Shown here piece by piece: positions 54,406-64,000 of a DNA stretch of 64,000 nt. The position numbers were made by a program, and so were the translations under genes. The stretch is from Balanoglossus misakiensis. Lineage: Eukaryota > Animalia > Hemichordata. Each line of letters starts with the position of its first letter. Position 1 is the stretch's first letter. The notes under the pieces are model-generated. The model was not told the origin of the DNA. It ran no database searches and saw only the letters and a list, made by a program, of their open reading frames with translations. Location: contig CM082589.2 in the NCBI GenBank assembly GCA_040954595.2, forward strand, positions 6,755,186 through 6,819,185, read 5' to 3'.

Positions 54406-54501
54406 CACAGGGAACTCAGGCTCATAGTTGTGGTCAAATGAATATTAAATATTATTATTATGAATAAAAAATGGAAAAAATATTAAAAATTATTATTATT
54501 A

Positions 54502-54536
<35 letters not shown>

Positions 54537-55533
54537 ATTTGTAGTAGTTCTTGTTATCTATCATGTGTTAAAATCCAACATACCTATGCATGCTGTCTTC
54601 TCCCGGCCCCTAACACGTACTGTACTGGCCGACCTATATACTCTACCCTAAGGAAAAGACAAGGGATGCAACTTGTCTCATACCCAACTGATTTTCACTC
54701 GCCAAAAAACACACCAAGTCAACATCGGAATCGCTAAATTTCGACATGGGCCAACTTACAGTAGTCATACTCTACAACCCTGATCCGTACTGTACCTCAT
54801 ATCGTAGATAAAGCTGGAAAATCCAAAGTTTTCGCGATGTATTTTGGCATTGCTTGCAACAACCTCTTAGTGAAACCTCCAGCTCGTCTGCCCGCTAAAC
54901 ATCGTACGAGCCTGACAAAACTGGTACGAAATTCAAAATATACAGTGGTGCGCATCGTACTTCCGGGTTCCTGCGAAAACTATGAGAATGAGTCGTTTTC
55001 ATGGTATACGCACAAAATTTTGGTAAGTTCTAACCTTTTTCATTGTTATAGAATAGGATTTATCGTTATCTCAAAGGAAATGGAGACAGCAGGGATTGTT
55101 GCCAGAGATGACCTATATCTGAGCCGACGAATTTGATACACGCTATGCGATTGGTTGATTTCAAATTTTGACTCGCGGGCAGACGAGCTGGAGGTGTCAC
55201 TAAGAGATTGTTGCAAGCAATGCCAAAATACATCGCGAAAACTGTGGATTTTCCAGCTTTATCTACGATATGAGGTACAGTACGGATCAGGATTGTAGAG
55301 TATGACTACTGTAAGTTGGCCCATGTCGAAATTTAGCGATTCCGATGTTGACTTGGTGTGTTTTTTGGCGAGTGAAAATCAGTTGGGTATGAGACAAGTT
55401 GCATCCCTTGTCTTTTTCTTAGGGTAGAGTATATAGGTCGGCCAGTACAGTACGTGTTAGGGGCCGGGAGAAGACAGCATGCATAGGTATGTTGGATTTT
55501 AACACATGATAGATAACAAGAACTACTACAAAT

Positions 55534-55577
<44 letters not shown>

Positions 55578-55676
55578 TAATAATAATAATAATTTTTAAT
55601 ATTTTTTCCATTTTTTATTCATAATAATAATATTTAATATTCATTTGACCACAACTATGAGCCTGAGTTCCCTGTG
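54406..55676. mobile_element. Foldback non-autonomous DNA transposon with long TIRs and 7-bp TSD (Galileo/P-element-like)
   Basis: GTCTGAT|CACAGGGAACTCAGGCTCATAG ... CTATGAGCCTGAGTTCCCTGTG|GTCTGAT. Left TIR 54406-54895, right TIR 55175-55676, with a 279-bp spacer. The arms differ by only about five substitutions that I could find, plus 12 bp of (TAT)n slippage. CA...TG ends, a 7-bp TSD and long TIRs are typical of Galileo-type P superfamily elements. Confidence 0.92.
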
Positions 55677-58127
55677 GTCTGATCTGAAAAATCTAAAAAA
55701 GTTATCCAATTTCTATGTGTACTCACTATCCCAGTTTCCACAAAATATTATGATATTGCAAAATGTCAATATTAGCCTTGCTATGGAACATACAAGATAG
55801 CATATACAGAAAGGAAAGGTATGAACAATTGTGCATGGACGTCAGGGAACAGATTAAAGTGAAACTTGTTTTACAACTTTTACTGAGATCACTAACAACT
55901 CATATTTTTGTTAAAATCGCCTGTAATCAATCATACATGTATGTTTAAAGAGCAGCTGCAGCTAATTGACTTCAAAAAGACATAAAAATGAAAAATGAAC
56001 GTAACCTGCTGTGGTCATGCATCATTTTTTGCCAGTGAATATGGTGAAATATGTCAAGAAGTTTTGCAAACGTTCCCCTTTGTCTGTTTTGTTGATTAAC
56101 CAGAATAAAAAGATATGAACTGATGTGAAAATGAAGATGAAATACAAGAATTAAAACTTTTTAATTTTTGAGAAGCGTGGTGGCGGCCATCTTGGTTTTA
56201 CATTTTGTCGGGAGGACTTTCATAAAAGTGTATGTCCAGGGGCCTTGGGATTTGGTGGTCGAAAGCAGGAAGTGAGCTGGTCTTTAATCTTAGAACTAGG
56301 ACAATGATGATGGTGGCCATGAGCGGGATCATTTTAATGAACTGTCAGAGATTGCTTGAAACCTCCAAAACTGCACCTGGTCTAGCATTGTTGAACTTTT
56401 CCATGAAGGAAGTTGGTGTATGGAACAGAAAAAAAATTCAGCATGAACAAAACATAAGTTTGTTGCAAACATTTTAGGGCAAGATTAACAGTGCTGTCAT
56501 CTGAATGAAATTATTTCCAAATGCATACGCACACGAGATAAGGACAGTATGGAGGACTAAATGTAGCTGTTATACTGATGTGTCTCGCACATTTTTCCGA
56601 ACGAGGTTATTTTTACTGCAGCACTCTTTATTTCCCTCGATGTCTGCGATGAAGTGTTAGTATGTTGTCCGCTGGCCTGAGTGAGAATTTTTAGAATTTT
56701 TCGTTTTAATTGGCTCTTGGCTTTTTACCACCTGGGTGGTAACTCTGATTAGGAAGCCGATATAGAGAATGGATGGTCTAATTTTGGTGTTTATAAAATC
56801 GGCGATGTGAGAGACAGACAGAAAGGCTGACAGACACACTGACAGATACTGAGACAATGGCAAACTGAGACAAACAAACATATAATTGTGGAAAGTTTAA
56901 AGAGACTATAAGTGTTGATAATTTTTCCAACATCTTTGCTGCATCATCAAAAGTGACTGCAGATAGAGCTATAAAGAATAATCTTGGCACTATTCAGTTT
57001 ATTTTGTTTAAATTACCAGTATGTTGTTTTACACACAGAATTATGTTACATTGTTGGTGATGTGATCACTATTCATTCTGATAGTGTGGTTAGAAACAAA
57101 ATCTTTGATGATATAATTGAAGAATCATGCTGAAAGATCCATCAGTTTTGCTTGTTATTTCCCACAGGCTGTCTGTAAGAAAAACTATGGCGATGTATCA
57201 TTATTTGTTTCTGTGAACCGAGTGATAGAACTCATATGAGACGTAAACTAGCCAACATGTCAAAATATAGTTAAGGTATTTCAGTCGGATGCGCAGTTGA
57301 CAAGGGCATTCCGATCAGAGATAGCATGTCTCCGTGTATTTCTGCTGGGCATGGATCCGAAAAACCGATGTTCTCAGCGGCGTACGGCATGTAACCGGGC
57401 GGAATAAATCCGTTGCAGAAGACTTGAGCCTTGCCTCCCACTGGCTGAAGTGCAGAAGCCACTGTGACAGTTGTTGTACTTGTAGAAAAAAAAAGTGTCT
57501 GGAAGGTTTACAGATGTAATGACATTGTGAGGAGCACTTATCGTGTTTGTTTTGCCGGGAACTCCTTGTGTTATCTCTCGGTTCGATTGTCGTACGCCCG
57601 CTCAATCAGGTGACTCGTGGTCTCTGCCTGGACTCGGGCGGTTCTAACACTAACAGGTCAATTTCGACCACTTCTCAAAAATGACGCTTGCGTGGCCAGC
57701 CTGCGTTTAGCGAAAAGGCTTTGCTTTGTCTGACGTGATTGACTTGGAAAACTGACAATGATACGCTGTGTTGGTCTTTTTGACTTGTGTTTACGAGGGA
57801 GTTTGCCTGCCCTTGGGCCAAACTACACGGTGACTGTATTTTTTTCTCCTATTGATTTGGGCTAGGTGACAGTCTTCACCAGGCTGACACTTTTTGACTT
57901 CAAAGAATTTGTTTAGTCGGATCCTCCCTCTTGTATTGATAAAACAGAATGGTAGGTGTTGTGCGCAGATTGGCGAGGGGGACTACCTCGCTATTCACCG
58001 GGCCCGACTTATTGTATTAAATGCATAAAAGGCAAAAAGAGGTTCTGGTGAGGCTCTTGAAGGACGTGTGCAGTTCAGCTTGTCGTCCGCCGGTCAGCTG
58101 GAGAGTGAGAATTAAATATCCCCGCAG

Positions 58128-58313
58128 ATGGCCTTTGCCTACAGCTTGCCTCCCCGCGTAATGGAACCCGAAAGTGAACTTGGCCTAGCCTGGGACTGGC
58201 CGCAAAACCGCGTCGGTAAATGGGCGCCGTACTGGGATTCTGACATCGCGGATTTCCACGAAACGAGCTACAACCGACTGGAGAGAAGGTCGTGTTGCCT
58301 CTCCTATCTGTGG
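58128..58313 (+). CDS. Candidate coding exon, 62 codons (MAFAYSLPPRVMEPESELGLAWDWPQNRVGKWAPYWDSDIADFHETSYNRLERRSCCLSYLW), phase-0 donor
   Basis: GC-rich open frame from the ATG at 58128 to TGG|GTATGT. The ATG is directly preceded by ccccgCAG (possible acceptor), and a CATAAAAG TATA variant lies at 58024. Confidence 0.33.
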
Positions 58314-59071
58314 GTATGTTGTACAGTAATGTGATGTAGATTCAAAACTCAGCACCTTGATGCAACAAAGAGCGCACAAAGGCTTAACTCCACCAAGCGA
58401 TACATTGGAGTTGTGAGACCCTCTCAGTTTACAAGCATCATTGTTGGTTCTGACTCGTTAATTTGGATGAGAAAATGTATATTTTACTCCGAAATTGTTG
58501 CCCCCGACAACCACATCTTCGTGCCTTCAACAGGTTTCAACTTTCCACCAACAGTGTCATGTAGATGTAGTTCAGAAACTTTCGGTTCAAGATGAAATTG
58601 AGATGTAGTTTTGGATCTAGTGTTGTTTCTTGCGCGACTGCGTTTCATGACTCAGGTAATTGAAACATTCTGCAGAAAGGTTTATGCTATAGAACTCAAT
58701 CCTGTGAAATGACGTCTTGAATTTCAGAGAGGGGCAGCTTTCTGACAGGTACTCAACAGTTTTGGAACAGACAAGCTCAAATTTTCGGCCATCTTTTACC
58801 CACGTATACAGCGTTCTGAGATTAAGGTGACGTGTTATCTGCCGGGAGACAATAGCTCGCAGCTATCTGCCCCTGACACCACACAGGTGTGTTAAGAATT
58901 GAATGTGATCAGACGACCTCGCAATTTGTCAGTTTTAAGATCAGAGTTCAGTCTTTCAGGACCAAAGAAGTTGACATCTTAATCTGGTCGTTTGGGAATT
59001 CTGAGATTAGAAGTCTGTCCCTCTTTCTGGCTGGGAAAATCAGAATTGCTTTGAAGCTCTGTCTGACTTAA

Positions 59072-59368
59072 AGGGACAAAGTCTCTCTCTCGCTGCCTTT
59101 TTCCCCCATTAATTATGTTTGATACAAGACACCGTTTATGTTATTCTACATGTGGATATATAGTGAATCAACATTCGACCACACACAACTTCCAACCTGT
59201 TTGTAGGATATGAGAGTAAAAACTCGCCCAAATGAATATTAATGGTAGAGACCGATTATTCATTTTTGGCAATTTTTCACTCCTGGTCTATATGTAGAAT
59301 AACATGAACTGTGTCTTGTATCAAACATAATTAATGGAAAGGGGCAGCGAGAGAGAGACTTTGTCTCT
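59072..59368. mobile_element. Palindromic Kolobok-like MITE, copy 2 (297 bp, TTAA TSD, ~50-bp deletion in right arm)
   Basis: TTAA|AGGGACAAAGTCTCTCTCTCGCTGCC ... GGCAGCGAGAGAGAGACTTTGTCTCT|TTAA. Collinear with 18926-19271 in the same orientation. Confidence 0.88.
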
Positions 59369-62300
59369 TTAAGGAAATAAATAAAAAATGGGATGGTCAT
59401 AACATGTTTAGTCAAGAGCCCTATCATTGAAAATTGAAGGGGGATCAATACCATATTTTTGACTGTAGTACATGTACATAGGTGTATGATTATAAATAAA
59501 TGGGGAAAAAATTGAAAAACACTTAATAAACAGTTTAATTCAGTAACATACATGTAATATTACTTTTGAGAAATGTATCTGTTTTGTTGTCATTGACATC
59601 AGGAGTTGAGAAAGTTTCAGTGAAGTTTGCATTTATTGTACGCAAAAAATAATGATGGCTACACCTGGACATAAAATGTGTAGTACAAGCTCCGTGTAAG
59701 TAGTACAACAAATTGATTTGTACAACGAAGAAAGCATGGACACCAGAAACTGAGAAAGTGTGTGTTTTTTTCTCCCTTTATGAAGCTGCCCTTGTAATTG
59801 CACGTGGGTGTGTAACATGATTCGGTGATACTCCGGCATTTTTTGATGAACAGAGGGAGTTTGATTCTGAGATGCTACTGATCTCCGTTTGCTTTTGAAT
59901 GTCGATCACCCCGGTTGCCATGGAGGACAGAGTGTGCGGTAGCCATCTTTTGCGCACACAGTACATACTACATCACCACTGCAGTGAAGTACATGTATCT
60001 GTGGATTGTACTTGGATCTGAAGTGGAGTACCTCTTGGTTGAACCACAGAACTCGCCCTAGCAACCATCTGTCTGTGTGTCTGTCTGTTCGTCCACCGGT
60101 TTGTCTGTCCACTGGTTTGACTGCCAGTCGAAGCTAGGGGAGCTTGGTCAGCAGAGAGCCAACCAAGGTGGTGCTCATAGGGGACCTCCCACACCGCTTC
60201 CTTCTAGACTTAAAATGTATATATTGGGTATGGTCTATTGGTAATGTTAATAGAGTTGACCTTTGCAGACCTGGTGGCTTGTGATTGTAATGAGTCGCGC
60301 TGAGAACACAGTCCATTGCAGATTGGCTTGACTGCGTACACTCAATTATAGCTTTTCAGGTGTACTATTGGCGAACGGGTGATGAGTAAAATGCTGTCAA
60401 TACTAAATGCCGGGCTCCCATAATCCAAACAAAAATGCTCACTTAGCATCGAGCGGCAAATGCGCGGTTCTCTTGTATTGTGCAGAGAAGCGGGCGGAGT
60501 AGAATGAATACCGCTCTGTGTTCAGTTTTAAGAGATGTTGTTGGTTTTTTGGATTCCGTCGAAAATCCCTTCTTTCCTGCATTTAAGCCTGATTGGACCT
60601 TTCTGGTGAAATTCTTATAGATTTTCTTCCCCCCAGTTTTGTGCTTATGTTTAATCTTCGGTCGGAATTCGACAAATAGCACGACCTCAGCCCAATTTAC
60701 AATCGGCCGCTGAATGTAAAATATATGTCACTGGACATACTGACAGATCAGATTTTTTTCAAGGATCACGCTATTTTATACGGACAGAGGTCAGACTTTT
60801 TGAATTGTGATTAAACTCCCAGGAAACTAGGGTAACGGCTGATGATTGTGCGAGATTCACTTCTGGTTCTTGTGACATCATCATCCAAGCATCCAACGCA
60901 ACACTGGCGGGGTCGGTCGTAATGAAGCACAATGGCCAAATCCATGCCCCACTGTTTATCGGTTAAAAACTGACAGTTTGTGAGCCATGCCAAAATCTGT
61001 CTTGTGGCAGTGTTTTTGTTACTTTGTTTCGTGTGTGGCAGTGGCGATTTCGCGCCACTTACTGAAACAGCCTGACTGATCGAATCAGGATACGACGTAA
61101 CTCTGAACTGAATTATTAATTCATTGTGTCAGTATTAAAACAGAACAAAGGAATTTATGCATGAAATAAAAATATGAAAAGTGGTATATACTTGGGCAAA
61201 CGTATACTATCTGTACGTGGTCACCATATAAAAACCTACAAACCACAACTTAATTAGCAGTAATTTTATTCTGCTGTCCAAAACACTGATATTGCACTCC
61301 ATCAGAAAATACCCAAGCTCACTGTTAAAATTTCTAGTTTTGTCACGATGAGACAACATGGCCGCCCTAGATGCACGTGTATTAAACGCGTTGTACGCAC
61401 TGGTTGTGGATACTACAGCTGTATGATTTATGTTGTTTACACGAGCATTATGACAGCCAAAATTGACCATTTTGTTGGTTTTATTTAATTGCTTATTTAA
61501 AAATCGCTTTTTGGTAATCATTTTTAAAAATTGATACCACCATCAGCACTTGAATGACCATGTTTCTCCTAAAAATGGGAATTTCAAAGTCAAGATATTT
61601 ATCAGTACGTTTATACATTTTCGGTGTTGACTCTCTCCTCAAAGGTGTGACAAAGTGATTCAATGGTCCCGAAGTTATAGCTACCGTATTTGTTGATTTT
61701 CAAAGACAGGGTATTAGCAGTCCCTGAGTTGAGGTTAGAGGCGTTCGTTCAGTCAGCATTTTTTTTATTGATCATTGAAAAGTAGTGATGAGAACTGTTA
61801 CAAAACTAACGTGTAAGTACGTGCTGTGGGCTGAGTTTCATCTTAGGTGGCAGCGAGCCATTGTGCTGTGCCCCCCTGAAGCAGGCAGCGATCTGTTCAA
61901 GAAAATTACGGCAAAAATAGGGTTTAAACTGTGTTGACAGGTCTGAGTGTTTGCATTGAATTGAAAAGTTGCTTGTGGACAATATTAGTTGCGCGCGGGC
62001 TTTGGAGATGCAGTGGCGCGTTCGAGATTGGATTTGTGGACAGAGGGGTGGGGGAGGGTGTGGGATTTGGATTATGGGGGTACGGCAGAAGTATGAACAG
62101 ATGCGGTACTAGAGTGGTAGGCTGTGACCTTACTAGCCATTGTCCGGGTTTTTTTCAACAATAGCGGTGTAGGGCTGGCTGTCTCCAGGCAAACTCTCTC
62201 TTATCCAAATATTGATTCACTGTGTGTACTGTATTGTCAAAGTAGTCCTCGTCAGTAGCTCTTTCCGCCAGTCGGCCACTGTGCAGTGAGCACCGTTACA

Positions 62301-64000
62301 CGAATCCTCAAAAAACTGCAAAAAATCCCCTCCCCCCTGTCGGATGTTGTTCCACTTTTTAGCGTCCGAACATGCCTCCCTCGCGGTACGTCAAACGGTA
62401 GGAATTTCTGACTCACATCTGACTGGGTGAAATCTGTAATGTCTTTTTTTTATTCCGACGCTGTTCTTTGTGACTGGAACAGACAAGCCGGGCAGAGAGG
62501 AGGAACAAGCGCGGGGGAAAATTGACAACGCTATCGCTGGAGGCCTCTGCTCATCTGGACGGGAGGAATTCTCCGCACAGTCACCCCAAAGGACATACAG
62601 ATCCATAATTGATTTTCCTTTGTCGGAGGAAATTACCCCAAAAAATGGAATCCCGAGTTTTTTTTTTGTCTCGCGTACGTCAGATAATTAACATGTGTAC
62701 CAGCCATCTCGCCCGTCTTTTTCCCCGCTCCCACCTTTAATTAAAAAAGCACTTTGATACACGTCTTGATAAATGGCAACATTGTAGCAATTGTGATGTA
62801 GGCTTTGTGTTACTTAGCGTCCAATAGCAATTCACATGCAACAGAGAAAAAGAACAAAAAGCAGACAAGTTCTTTGTCAAAGTGGCATAAACTCACTCAC
62901 TCGCAGATTGCAACTGTTTTACTGAGCCACTTTTTTCATTACTATCTCGTGTGAACATTCGCTGTGTTTTATGGGGAATGAGTACAGAAACTGTTGGGTC
63001 ATATAAATGTGTATAATCTGTTGTTTTATGATGCAGGTTGTAAGAGTAACGAGACATATATGTCATTTGGCTATTTTGAAGAATAGATAGGTCAGCTGAA
63101 CTTTTGTACCCCTACAGTTTTGTTTTCAGGTTGGAAATTTTGTTGACAAATGTACGGTTTGTTCTTAAAAATCTGACTATAAGAGTCTCAGATTTGGGAA
63201 AAGGTGCTCTCTCCAAAATGTGACTACCCTGACTTTAAAAGTATGGATGCAAGGCTGGAGGAAATCTCTGAATAGGGCTTGGAGACTTCACATGTTTCGC
63301 TGGACGCGGTTGTGCTGTGCATAATGAGATTTACATGGACATCAGGTCCAGGGGTCCTTGCATACCGGTATTATTACAAACACATTTCTGGTCGACCTCA
63401 GTATTGCTGATTATCACAGCGCACTGTTGACAAACCCACGCCACCGACGGACCAACGCTTATCTCGCGATCGTATCTCTCTCTTGAATAATAACGAAGAA
63501 GCAACGGCCCCAGCCATTGCCTGGTGGCAAGAGTGTTAGGGCTTGTATACAGCTGGCCCAATTACCCAGCTATTGGTGTCTGCAAGGTGTTTTGTAAGCC
63601 CACTATTTGTCCTTTAAATTGCTTCTTCAACAGTCACAACAAAGCCGTAAAGTGTTTCTTTTTCAAGTCGCGTTGCAAAGTCGCTCCGGGTAGCGTTGGG
63701 ACACTGATCGGCTGCGGCCTTTACTTCATTGTCTTGCCTTATCTCCATCTGCAGCAGTCCGAACACAGTGGAAAATAGATAAACGCTTGGCTGATTCGTA
63801 TGTAGGTCCTGGCCCCTCCTGAATTAAGTTCCCTTTTCTCGCTGTTCCGTTTGACTGCCCAAGCTTTGAGGCTCTGTAAACTATGGAGTGCCCACTCAAA
63901 AAAACTTTGAGGTTTTTTTTTTTTAAATGAAGTCAATGAAGGGGTCTGTGTTCGCCAAAGTTGCTTGTCGTCAAATCATGCATGATACAGAACACACATC

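Noticed and set aside
54471-55611. Two near-identical ORFs on opposite strands (88 and 92 aa)
   Set aside because: They are mirror images from the TIRs of the foldback element, dominated by (TAT)n, with no transposase motifs.
57271-57480. Minus-strand protein-like frame behind a poly-T tract (…ASALQPVGGKAQVFCNGFIPPGYMPY…)
   Set aside because: The acceptor is weak (AAG), there is no recognisable homology and no partner exons were found. It is kept only as a remote possibility.
1181-63984. Scattered TGCATG (Rbfox-binding) hexamers
   Set aside because: They are dispersed rather than clustered, and CATG/TGCA words are generally enriched in methylated genomes, so they are not evidence for the host gene.

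Overview
AT-rich eukaryotic (animal, probably marine invertebrate) genomic DNA that is almost entirely non-coding. No ORF in the six-frame track resembles a protein family I recognise. I find no rRNA, tRNA, CRISPR array or operon-like structure. The well-supported features are non-autonomous DNA transposons and simple or tandem repeats. The transposons are a 1.27-kb foldback element with ~490-bp TIRs and a 7-bp TSD (Galileo/P-like), two palindromic TTAA-flanked Kolobok-like MITEs, a TA-flanked Tc1/mariner-like MITE and three short degenerate piggyBac-like MITEs. The most interesting inferred signal is a series of + strand modules, each an ATG-initiated short reading frame ending in phase 0 at a good 5' splice donor (31003-31131, 32395-32466, 32525-32596, 42831-42851, 58128-58313, weaker 35851-35922 and 48599-48712). 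Two of these sit behind well-spaced TATA/Inr promoters. This suggests the 5' region of a very large gene with an array of alternative promoters and first exons, whose shared exons would lie beyond this window. A candidate recursive splice site (32466/32467) and a dense nuclear-receptor DR1 cluster (21743-22133) are also present. All gene-model calls are hypotheses that need transcript data.
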